The notes under the pieces: model-generated
Databases searched by the model: none
What the model was told of the DNA's origin: nothing
The model's input: the letters and a program-made list of their open reading frames with translations, nothing else
Position numbers and translations under genes: made by a program
Shown: one piece after another, positions 30,801-42,800 of the stretch
Numbering within the stretch: position 1 is the first letter of the stretch
Layout of the letters: the number at the start of each line of letters is the position of its first letter
Assembly (NCBI GenBank): GCA_023436925.1
Contig: JAEZHJ010000009.1
Span: 1,781 to 65,780, forward strand
Source: Actinomycetes bacterium
GTDB lineage: Bacteria; Actinomycetota; Actinomycetes; Propionibacteriales; Propionibacteriaceae
DNA length: 64,000 nucleotides
Reading direction: 5' to 3'

Positions 30801-33800
30801 TCTTTGTCGACCTCACCCGCTTCAGCACCTCTGCGCCCCCGGCCCGTCCGGCCGGCGCCGTCCTGGTGATCGCCGCCCTCGGTGGCACGCTCACCGCCCC
30901 CAACGCCACCCTCAGCTTCGCTCCCGGCGCCCTTCGCGCCGATGCCTGGGTCTCCATCACCCCGCGTCCGGCCACCGTCTCGGGCCTGCGGCTCAACTCG
31001 CCGGTCTTCGACCTGCTCGCCTTCGACGCCGCCACCGGCGAGGCCATCACCACCTTCGCGATCGCCCCGCGGCTGACCATCGCCGTCCCCACCAGCGCCG
31101 CCGGCTCGGTGATCTACTACATCGACGACGAGGGCGTCGTCCACCAGCAGGCCACCAGCTACGACGCCGCCGCCGGCGTCCTGGTCGCCGACCTGCCGCA
31201 CTTCTCCAACTACGCCGCCGGCAGCCCGCTCGACCTGCTGGTCGGCTGGATCGTCGACCGGCTCAACGGGCTCACCGCACCGACCAGCCTCGACCTGCTG
31301 CCCGGCGTGACCCTCGCCGACCTCACCCTGACCGGCGACCTGGCCCCCGGCGCAGGCCCGCACACCGGCAGCGCCTCGCTCACCGCCGACCTCTCGCTCG
31401 ACCTGGCCGGCGTCACCGGGAGCGCCACGGTCACCGCGACCTACCAGCTGGTCAACCAGGCCCTCGACGCCGGAACCCTGACCGTCACGGTGACCGGCCT
31501 CGTGCTCTCGGTGGGTGGCGTCGCGCTGGCCGCGACGAGCGCGGCGATCGGCCACAGCGGCACCGGGTTGGCCATCACCGCCAGCGGCGTGAGCGCCGAG
31601 GTCGCCGGCAGCATCGCCTTGTCGGACGGCTCGGCCAGCCTGCAGCTCACCGCCGCCGGCCTGGCGGGGTCGGTGGCCGGCACGGTCGCCCTCACCCTTC
31701 CCGGGGTCAGCCTTCGCACGGGTTCCCTCGGGCTGAGCATCGACACCGTCGCCGGCCGCACCGCCTTCACCGGGTCGGGGATCACCCTCGACGTGCTCGG
31801 CCAGACGATCACCGGCAATCTGTCCCTCACCCGCGGAGCTGACCGGCTGGAGCTCGAGGTCACCGCGGCCGGCTTCAGCTTCGCCGACGGCAGCGTCCGG
31901 CTCACCGCCGGAACCGCCCAGCTGGTGGTGCCGGACGCCGGCGAGCTGTCCGGCAGTGTGACCGGCGAACTGGCGATCGGCGTGCGGGGCCTGACCGCCT
32001 CCGGAAGCTTCAGCGCCGCGCTGGCCGGTGGCCCGTCCCCGACGATCACGATCACCGGTGCCGACGTCCGGCTCGGCTTCGACGGCCTCCAGCTGCAGGC
32101 CGCCGGCGCAACCTTCACCCGCACCAGCGACGGCACCACCCTCGCGGTGACCGGCGCCAGCCTGGCGCTCGGCACCGGCGACCCGTTCCTGGCACTGGAC
32201 GGGATCATCCTGGACGCCGGCCTCGGCCTGGCCGGGATCGTCGCCAACGCCACCGGCACTGCCACCGTCAACCTTCCCGGGCTGGTGACCGGCGACCTGC
32301 AGGTCAGCCTGGCCATCGACACCGTCACCGGCCGCACCGGCGTGATCCTCACCATCGCCGACACCGAGGCCGACCGGCTCTCGCTCGGCGGCCTCGGCAC
32401 CCTGGCCGGGACCCTCTCCCTCACCAGCTCCCAGGGCGAGACCGTCGTCGCGCTCTCCGGGGTCACGCTGCGGATCACCGCCGGCGCCCAGGACGGTGTC
32501 GTCGTCACCGACGCCGAAGGGCTGCTGCTGGTCCGGGCCGAGGGCGTGGCCGGCTACCTGTCCGGCACGCTGAGCGCCGGGCTGGCCGGCGCCGGGATCT
32601 CCGGCGCCGTCGCCGTCCGGCTGAACACCATCGTCGGCGCCGCCGTGGACGCCACCGTCACCCGGGCCGGCAAGCCCGTCACCGTCCGCTTCCCGGCGGC
32701 CGCAGCCGGGGTGCTCGAGGTCAGCCTGAGTGGCGCCTCCCTCACTCTGGGCGACTTCGTCACCGTCGAAGGCAGCCTGTCCTTCACCGACGGACGGTTC
32801 TCCGGCACCGGCCTCAGCGTCTTCCTGGGCCGCGGCCCTGCCTTCCTCGCCGACGGCACCCGCAACCCGCTCGCGGTCGGCGTCCTGCTCACCGACGCCA
32901 CCGTCGGACTGGTCAGGGTGGGGACGGACGGGGCCTACCGCTACGCGCTGGTCGCCGCCGGCACCCTCACCCTGGTCGGCATCCCCGGCGTCACGCTGAC
33001 CGGCACCACCAGCGTCCGGTTCAACGACACCGGCGCCGACGCCACCATTCAGCTGCCCGACGACGTCGTCGACCTGGTGGTGCCGGACGGGACCGTGTCC
33101 TTCGCGATCAGCCAGGCCGGCCTCGGCTTCGCCGGCTACCAGCTCACCGGCGACCTTGCTGTCACCCCCGCTGCCGAGGGGTTCACCCTCACCGTCGCCG
33201 ACGCCCGGCTCGACCTCGCCGGCGGCGTCGTGGTGCGCGGCATCGCCGGCTCGCTTGAAGTGGGGGCGGCGGGCGTCGCCTTCGACGTGACCGCCACCCT
33301 CGAGATCGCCGCCCTCGGCCTGGCCGGGGCCAGTGTCGCGGTCGCGGTCGACAGCCGCGCCGGAGCCGAGGTGCCGCTGCGCCTGGCGGTCGGCGCTGTC
33401 ACGTTGTCGATCGCCGGCCAGCAGCTCCTGGTCGATACCCTCACCGTCGGCCGGGACGCCGTCGGTACCACCACCGTCGCTATCACCGGCGGCAGGCTGC
33501 AGCTCGGCGGCCTGATCGAGGTGACCCTCAGCGACGGACAGCTTGCCCTCACCGCAGGCGGGATCGCCGGCACACTCAGTGCCGACATCAGCGCCGCGGC
33601 CGGGGGCCTCGACCTGGGCGCCCACGTGGTGGTTCAGGTCAACACCCACCCGGCAGACTGGGGGGGCCTGCCGGGTGGGCCCTACGTCCGCGTCGTCGCC
33701 CGCGACGCCACCATCACCGCTGCCGGGCAGGTACTGTCCGCCACGGTGGTGCTGGTCCGGGCCGGCGCGAGTGCGGTCGACGTCAGCGTCAGCGACGCCC

Positions 33801-36800
33801 GGCTCTCGCTGGGCAGCGCGGACGCCGGGATCGACCTGACCGGCGGATCCGGCCGGCTGGCGTACACCGCCGACGGGATCGCGGGTTCGCTGGGCGGCAC
33901 CGTCACCGTCCGGATCCCCGGCCTCAGCCTGACCGGCACCTTGCGGCTCAGCCTGGACACCGCGGCCGGCGCGATCGGCTTCGCCGGGACCGGGATCACC
34001 GCCACGGTGCTGGGCCACAGCCTGAGCGGGAGCGTCACGATCGCCTCCTCGCCGACCGGACTGACGGTCGACGTCGAGCAGGCGACGCTGTCCCTGGCCG
34101 GCATCGTGTCGCTGGTCGACGGCCGCGCCGCCCTCGTCCTGCCCACCGGTGGCACGCTGTCCGGCGAGGTCACCGGAACCGTCCGGCTCACCGCCCCCGG
34201 ACTCACCCTGGCGGGAACGGTCAGCGCCGAGCTGGACGCCGCCGCGACCGCGCCCGACCCGACCCTGCGGATCGGCGGCACCGACCTGACGCTGGGAGTC
34301 GCCGGCGTCGAACTCACCGTCGGCGAGCTGTGGTTCTCCCGGGACGCCGCGGGCGCCGTCCGGCTCAGCGTGGCCGGCGCCGCCCTGGCCCTGGGCCCCG
34401 CCGGGCAGCCCTACCTGGCTGCCACCGGAGGCACCGCCACCCTGGCGGTCACCGCGGCCGGGGTCAGCGGCAGCCTCACCGCGCAGGCGTCCATCACAGT
34501 GCCCGGCCTGTTCCAGACCCCCTCGCCGGTCGACGTGAGCGTCTCGATCGACACCGCGACCGGCCAGGTTGCCGTGGTCGTCACCAATCTGGTGCTGAGC
34601 TTCGCCGGCCTCGGCCAGATCTCCGGCGACCTGGCCTTCTCGCAGACCACCGTCGGCGGGATCACCGAAACCGTCATCGCCATGCGGGACGTCACCGCCA
34701 CCGTCGCCGAGGGTGCCGCGTCGATCACCGACGGCACCGGCGTGCTGGTGCTGCGGCCGGGCGGCGTCGCGGGCTACCTGTCCGGCCACGCCGTGATCCA
34801 GGCCGGGCCGGCCGCCGGCGAGGGCTCCGTCCTGCTGCAGGTCAACACGATCCTCGGCTCGGCGATCGACACCTCGGTCAGCCTCGGCGGCCAGCCGGTC
34901 GCGGTGAAGTACCCGGCAGCTGCCGAAACCGTGTTCACCCTCGCCATCACCGGCGGCTCGCTGGCGATCGGTGACTTCGTCGTCATCGAGGGCAGCGTGA
35001 GCTTCGACGGCGACCGGTTCGGCGGTACCGGACTCAAGGTGTTCCTGGGCAACGGCCCGGCCACCCTGGCCGACGGCACCCCCAACCCGCTGGCGGTCGG
35101 CGTCCTGCTCAGCGACGCCACCGTCGGGCTGCTGCGGGTCGGCTCCAGCTACGCGCTGGTCGCCACCGGAACCGTCGCCATCCTTGGGGTCCCCGGGGTC
35201 AGCCTCACCGGCACCACCTCGGTGCGGTACAACCAGACCGGCGCCGACCAGAACACCACCATCGCCCTGGCCGGTGACCTGCCCGACGTCGTCCTCGACG
35301 TCGCCGACGGCACCGCGTCCTTCACCGTGTCGGCGGCCACGCTCCGCTTCGGCGGGCTGGCGCTGACCGGCGGGCTGGCCTTCTCCCGCACCGGGACGAC
35401 CACGGTCATCTCCGTCACCGATGGGGCCATCACGCTGGCCGGCGCCGCGACGCTGTCCGAGGTGACCGGCACCCTGGACCTGACCGCCGCGGGCAGCACC
35501 GCGACGCTCAGCGCCAAGCTCGGCATAGCCGCCCTGGGGCTGGCCGGCGTCACGGTGGGCGTGGCCGTCGACACCCGGCCCGACGCCACCATCCCGCTGA
35601 CCCTGTCGCTGGCCGACCTCGACCTCACCATCGCCGGCCAGCGGCTCTCGGTGGGGCAGTTCACCCTCACCAGCCGCCGGGCCGGCAGCGACACCACGAC
35701 CGCGATCACCCTGGCCGGCGCCGGCCTGTCGCTGGGCGGCGGCCTGGTCACCGCGGTGATCGCCGAGGGCAGCCTTGAGCTCACGGCCGGCGGCGTGGCC
35801 GGCACCGTGGTCGCCACGGTGGCCCCCACCCTGGCCGGCCTCAGCCTGACCGGCGGCGTCCAGCTCCAGGTCAACACCAATCCCACCGCCGCCCTCGGCC
35901 TGCCCGCCGGTCCGTACCTGCGGATCGCGGTGGACGACGCCACCCTGACCGTCGCCGGGCAGAGCCTGCGTGCCGGCGTCCTGATCGTGAACACCGCCGA
36001 CGCCCTGGAACTCACCGTCACCAGCGCTGCTGCCTCGCTGGCCGGGGGAGCGATCACCCTGCGCGACGGCTCCGGGCGGCTCCGCTTCGACGCGGACGGG
36101 ATCGTCGGCACCGTCGGCGGTACGACGACGGTGGCCATCCCGGGGGTGGCGGTCACCGGCGCGCTGCGGCTCGACCTCGACACCGCGGCCGGAACCTTCG
36201 CGTTCACCGGCACGGGGCTCAGCCTGGGCATCTTCGGCCAGACCCTGGCCGGCGACGTCACCGTCACCAGCACCCCGACTGCCGTCGAGCTCAGCGTCGA
36301 GCGGGCGAGCTTCGACTTCGGCGGCGGCCTGATCCGGCTGGTGGACGGCTCGGCCGCCCTCCGGCTGCCGACCGGGGGAGCCCTGTCCGGCTCGATCCAG
36401 GGCACCGTCAGCCTTGCCGTCCCGGGCGTCTCGCTCGCCGGCAGCTTCGTCGTCGAGGTCGACGGCGCCGCCGTCGCCCCGCTGCCCACCCTGCGGATCG
36501 GCGTCCCGGCCGACCTCGGCAACAGCACCCCCGAACTCAGCCTCACCGTCGCCGGCGTCGACCTGGCCGTCGAGTCGCTGTGGTTCCACCGCGACGCCGC
36601 CGGCACGATCCGGCTCACCATCACCGGAGCGGCCCTCGCGCTCGGCCCCGCCGCCGCCCCCTACTTGGCGATCAGCGACGGCGGCGCCGACCTGGTCGTC
36701 ACCGCCGCCGGCGTGACCGGCGGGTTCGGCGCGACCGCGCTGCTGAACCTGCCCGGCCTGATCGAGAACGGCAGCGTCACCGTCGCCGTCGCGCTCGACA

Positions 36801-39800
36801 CCGCCCGCGGCTCGCTGTCCGTCCTCGTCACCGGGGTCTCGGTCAGCATCGCCGGGATCGCCGAACTCAGCGGGGACTTCGCGTTCGCCCGCTCCGCCAC
36901 GGCCGGGGTCGTCGAGACCGTCGTCGCCCTGAGCCGCGTCACCGTCGCGATCACCGGCGGGGACGACCTGGGCGCCGCAATCAGCGAGGCGACCGGTCTG
37001 CTCGTGCTGCGGGAGACCGGCGTGGCCGGCTACCTGTCCGGCCGGGTCAGCGGCGAGGCCGGCGGCATCACGCTCTCGGGCACCGCCGCCGTCTCGGTCA
37101 ACACCATCACCAACACCGCCATCGACACCGCCGTCAGCCTCGGCGGCCGGACCGTCCAGGTCCGCTTCGACGCCTCGCCGACCGCCGTCTTCGAACTCTC
37201 GCTGGCCGGCGCCTCGCTGCGGATCGGCGACTTCGTCAGCATCGAGGGCAGCGTCACCTTCAACGGTGACGAGTTCGTCGGCACCGGGCTGTCGGTCTTC
37301 CTCGGCCAGGGCCCGGCGAGGCTGGACGACGGCTCGCTCAACCCGCTGGCGGTCGGCGTCCTGCTCACCGATGCCACCATCGCGCTGGTCCGGGTCGGTG
37401 CCGGACCCGACTACACCTACGCGCTGCTGGCGACCGGCACCGTCAGCATCATCGGAGTGCCCGGCGTCACCCTCACCGGCACCACCAGCGTGCGGTTCAA
37501 CAACACCGGCGCCGATGTCACCCGCACCCTCGCGGCGGCACCCGGCAGCGGCACCGACCCGGTCGAGCTCGCCATCGCCGACGGCACTGCCGTGTTCGCC
37601 GTCACCGACGCCATCCTCGGCTTCGCGGGTTACGCCCTGACCGGCAGCTTCGGCTTCTCCCGCACCGGCTCCGACACCGTCCTCAGCGTCTCCGGCGGCG
37701 GCCTCGCCCTGGCCGGTGCGGTCACCGTCAGCGCCCTCAACGGCAGCATCGCGATGGGTGCCGCCGGCCTGACCGCGGTGATCGGCGGCAGGCTGAGCGT
37801 CCCTGCCCTGGGCCTGAGCGGAGCAGGCGTCGAGGTCCGGGTCGACACCCGCTCCGACGCAGCCGTCCCGCTGGCGATCACCGCCACCGACCTGACCCTG
37901 GCGATCGCCGGCCAGAGCCTCACCGCCGGCCGACTGAGCATCACCCGCCAGGCCGGCGCGGGCGGCGCCCTCGCCACCCGCGTCGAACTGACCGAGGCCC
38001 GGCTGGCCATCGGTGCCGGGCCGCAGCCCCTGCTCAGCGCCACCGTCGCGACCGGCTCCCTGATCATCACCCCGGCCGGCCTGGTCGGCTCGCTGGTCGC
38101 CTCGGTCAGCACCTCGATCCCGAACCTGCAGCTGGCTGGCGCCGTCCAACTGCAGGTCAACACCACCTCCGCCGCCGCCGACGGGCTGCCGGCGGGTCCC
38201 TACCTGCGCTTCTCGGCGACCGGCGCCGTGGTCGCGATCGCCGGTCAGGAACTGCGCGGCGACCTCGTCCTGGTCCGCTCCACCGGGGCGGGCGGCCCGG
38301 TCATCGACCTGACCGTCAGCCGGGCGAGCCTGCTGCTCGGCGGCGGGATGATCCGGCTCAGCAACGGCACTGGAAACCTGGTGCTCGGTTCGGGCTCCCT
38401 CAGCGGGGTGCTCTCCGGCACGGTCAGCGTCGACCTCCCCGGCGTGGAGATCACCGGGACGCTCCGCCTCGGCCTCGACACCGCCGCCGGGACGATCGCC
38501 TTCACCGGCACCGGACTGGGTCTCGTGATCGCCGGCCAGACCCTGACCGGCGACCTGACCATCGCCAGCAGCGCCGGCACCCTCAGCGTGGACGTCGCCA
38601 ACGCGAGCCTGGACTTCGGCGGCGGGCTGGTCACCCTCGGCCAGGGCAGCGCCCACCTCGTCGTGGTCGCCGGCGCCGGCCTCTCCGGCACCGTCTCCGG
38701 GCAGATCGGGATCGCCGTCCCCGGCGTCGGGCTCACCAGCCAGGTCAGCGTCGTGCTGGACCCGACCGCCGACCCCGTGCTGCGGATCGGCGTCGAGGAC
38801 ACCTCGCTCACCCTCGCCGGCGTGGACCTCCACGTCGAGTCGCTGTGGTTCTCCCGAGCCGCCGACGGCACGATCCGCCTGACCGTCACCGGGGCGGCGC
38901 TCGAGCTCGGCCCGGCCGGCACCGAATACGTCAAGGTCACCGGCGGCGCCGCGACCCTGACCGTGACCGGCGCGGGCGTGAGCGGCAGCCTCGCCGCCAC
39001 CGCCACGATCAACGTCCCCGGCTTCGCGGCGGCCACCGCCGCCGTTCGGGTCGTCGTCGACACCGCGTCCGGCTACCTGGCCGTCGAGGTCACCGGTTTC
39101 AGCCTCGACTTCGGAGTCGGCGAGCTGAGCGGCGACTTCGCGTTCACCAGCTCCACCACCGCGCAGTCCAGCGAGACGGTCATCGCACTGGCCAATGTCA
39201 CCGCAGTCGTCGGCAGCGGCGGCGACGCCGTATCGATCACCGACGGTTCCGGCCTGCTGGTGCTGCGGCCCGGCGGGGTGGCCGGGTTCCTGTCCGGCCA
39301 CGCCGACCTCGACGCCGGCCCGGTGGCAGCCTCCGGCACCGTCCTGCTGCAGATCAACACGGTGCTCAACACCGCCATCGACACCACCGTGGCTCTCGGC
39401 GGGCGCACTCTCGCGGTCAAGTTCGCCGCCTCCGCGCAGACCGTCTTCGAGGTCACCATCTCCGAGGCCTCGCTGACGATCGGCGACTTCGTCACGATCG
39501 AGGGCAGCGTCAGCTTCGACGGCGACCGGTTCGCCGGCACCGGCCTGATGGTCTTCCTCGGACGCGGCCCCGCCAAGCTCGGCAACGGCTCGCTCAACCC
39601 GCTGGCGATGGGCGTCCTGCTGAGCGACGCACGGGTCGGCCTGATCCGGGTCACCGGGCCCGCCGGCACCAGCTACGCCCTGGTGGCCAGCGGCACGGTC
39701 AGCATCATCGGGGTCCCCGGCGTCACCATCACCGGCACCACCGCCGTCCGGGTGAACACCACCGGCGGGGCGGTCGACACCACGGTGTCGATCCCGGGCA

Positions 39801-42800
39801 GCACCGACCCCGGCATCCAGCTCGCCTTCACCGGCCCCGAGGCCTCCTTCATCGTCAGCGACGCGACGCTCGGCTTCGCCGGGTACGCGCTCACCGGGAC
39901 CTTCGGGTTCTCGATGGCGGGCGGCGACGTCAAGGTCACCCTCACCGGCGCCGCGCTCGACCTCGGACCCGCTCTCGCCGTCTCCGACCTCGACGGCTTC
40001 CTCGTCCTGAGCCAGGCCGGCCTGGTCGCCGACCTGGCCGCCCGCCTCGCCATTCCGGCGCTGCCGCTCTCGGTCGACGCCGCCGTCCGGGTCGACACCC
40101 GTGCCGGCGCCACCGAGCCGCTGCGGATCGAGGTGACCGACCTCACCCTCACCCTCGCGGGCCAGCAGCTGCAGGTCGGGTCGCTGGTCGTCCAGCAGTC
40201 GGTGCTGGCCGGCGCCACCACCACCTACCTCGCCCTCGCCGGCGTCGGCCTCGACCTGGGCGCCGGGGCCGTCCGCCTGGTCGACGGCAGCGGCTTCCTG
40301 GTGCTGGGCGCCGGGGTCGCCGGACGCCTCGGCGGCAGCATCGCGGTCACCATCCCGGGCCTGGTCCTGCAGGGCAGCCTCGGAGTCACGATCAACACCA
40401 CCGCGGCCCCGGTCACGACCAGCCTGCTGGTCGGGGGCCGGCCGACCACGCTCAGCCTGCCCGGCGGGCCGTACCTGCGGGTGGACGGCACCGGCCTCGT
40501 CCTCGACCTGCTCGGCCAGCGGCTGCGCGCCGACCTCTCGATCGAGCAGGCGACCACGCTGCCCGCCGCCGGCGGGGCCGGAGAGGTCGTGCTCAAGGTC
40601 GCCCTGGCCAACGTCTCGCTGTCCCTGGGTGGCGCGTCGCCGGTGGCCACCCTGACCGGCGGCTCCGCGCTCCTGGTCTCCCGGGCCTCCGGGCTGGCGG
40701 GCCGGATCAGCGGCAACCTGGCGCTCACCGTCCCCGGGGTCACCCTCACCGGAAGCCTGGCCGTGCTGGTCAACACCGGCACCATTGCCGTCACGGAGTC
40801 CTTCCGGGTCGGGGACGGCGAGGTTCTCACCCTCAGCGTCCCGGCCGGCGGCACCAGCGCCGCGCCGGCAACCTACCTGGCGATCGTGGGCACCGGCATC
40901 ACACTCCAGGTCGCGGGGCAGAGCCTGCAGGCCGACCTGGAACTCGAACTCACCGGGGCCACCACCACGCTGCGGCTCCGCAACGCGGCCCTGCGGCTGG
41001 GCGGCACCCCGGCCGCGCCGCTGCTCACCGTCAGCCAGGTCTCCGGCACCACCGGCACCTTCACCCTCGACCCCACCGGGCTGACCGGCAGCCTCGCCGT
41101 CCAGCTCGCCTTCGCCGTCAGTGGCGTCTCGGTGTCCGGGTCCGTGGCCATCGGCATCGACACCCGGCCCGGCAACGAGCGGCTCGCCGTCTTCGGCGAC
41201 GACCTACGCTTCACCGTCTTCGGGCAGACCATCGCCGCCGACTTCAGCTTCGAGCAGGTCACCACCGCCACCGGCGCCCGGCTGGTCCGGGTCGGGATCG
41301 CCCAGGGTCGGCTGTTCCTGGGCGGCAGCAACCCCGACGGCAGCGATGCGCTGGTCGCCGTCCGGGACCTCACCGGCCTGTTCCTGCTCACCGCAGCCGG
41401 CGTCGGTGGCAGCATCTCCGGTCGGGCCAGCCTCGCCGTGCCGGGGGTGGAGTTCGCCGCCGCGGTCTCGGTCAGCCTCAACACCACCGGCCAGGTGATC
41501 GCCCAGACCCTCCTCGTCGGCGGAGCCGAACTGGCGGTCACCGTGGCCGCCGGCCCCTACCTGCGGGTCGAGGCAAGCGGCGTCCGGCTGCAGGTCGCCG
41601 GCCAGAGCCTGCGCGGCAACCTCCTCATCGAACAGGTCACCACCGTCGCCACCGAGACCACCGCCGCGCGCACCGTGCTGCGGGTCGGGCTGACCGCCGT
41701 CGAGTTGAGGATCGGCTCCGGCGCCACGACGATCGCCCAGGTCAGCGACGGCACGGCGCTCCTGGTCCTGGACGGCGGCGGGATCGCCGGCCGGGTCACC
41801 GGCGCCTTCGCCCTCGTCGGAGTGCCGGGCATCACCGTCGCGGCCACCGTCGCCGTCGAGCTCAACACCACCGGCGTCGCGGTCGAGGACCGCTTCACCA
41901 TCGATGGCACCACCACCGACCTGCGGCTCGGCACGGCCTACTTCGTCGCCACCGCGAGCCAGGCCACGATCTCCCTCGGCGAAGGCCTCGAACTGGCCGC
42001 CGACATCGTGCTGACGCTGCCCGCGGCAGCCGGCGAGTTCTCGGTCCGGATCGAGCGCGGCAGCATCTCGCTGGCCGGGGGGCTGGTCCGAGCCGTCGAC
42101 GTCAACGGCGAACTGGCGATCGCCGCCGGCCGGACCACCGCCGCACTGGCCGCCGGGATCCGGGTCACCGTCCCCGGGCTCGCCGTCACCGGCGACGTCC
42201 AGGTCAGCCTCGACGCCGACGCCGCCGTCACCGAGTTCAGCATCGAGGTGACCACCGCCGAGATCAGCCTGGGCGACGGGCTGCTGTCGGTGGGGGCCGA
42301 GCGCGTCCAGATCTCCTCGTTCGGCGCCGGAGCCACTGCCGAGGTGCGCTTCGCGGCGGAAGGCATCACCCTGCAGCTGGCTGACCTCGTCGACGTGCGG
42401 CCAGGACACCACTGGTCGGCGGCCATCGTCGTCACCGCCGCTGGGATCGCCGCCCGCTTCGCCGGCGCCCTCAGCGACGACGAGGGCAGCTTCCTCTCCC
42501 TGCCGGACGGCATCACCGTGGCCGGCACCGTCGCGCTGCTGGTCAACACCGCACCCACCGCCATGGTCCGCGCCGACCTGGGCCTCTCGGTGCCCGCCGG
42601 CCCGTACCTGGCGCTCTCCTTCAGCGCTGGCACCATCGCCGTCGCCGGACTGAGCCTGAACGGCAACTTCCAGCTGACCGTGGCCGGCGACCGGACGGTG
42701 ATCGCGTTCAGCGACATGGACGTCAGCTTCGGCAGCAGCGGCGACAATGCCGGGCTCTCGGTCACCGGCGGACGGGGTGTCTTCGTCCTGCTGCCCGCCA

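Larger units (their letters stand above)
31440..40500 (+). repeat. Array of about four colinear megarepeats (period 2220-2256 nt = 740-752 aa) inside the giant gene
   Basis: Anchor motif VAG(Y/F)LSG starts at 32546, 34766, 37022 and 39278. Anchor motif GDFV starts at 32750, 34970, 37226 and 39482. Spacings are 2220, 2256 and 2256 nt, all multiples of 3. A partial unit (its last ~370 aa) precedes 32546, and the fourth unit stays colinear to about 40,500. The track's antisense mini-ORFs at 32554, 34774, 37030 and 39073 are visibly homologous to each other (MASVSRTPTASGL...). Confidence 0.85.

Noticed and set aside
28778-39301. 3,507-aa minus-strand ORF in the track, the largest listed ORF.
   Set aside because: It is the codon-aligned antisense frame of the plus-strand giant ORF (its end 39301 = 1 mod 3, sense codon starts = 2 mod 3). 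Its stop corresponds to a sense-strand TCA codon at 28778-28780. The product is G/R/A/D/P-rich with no signal peptide, hydrophobic segments or recognisable motifs. The sense frame is open four times longer and encodes real motifs. It is a shadow ORF caused by the near-absence of TTA/CTA/TCA codons.
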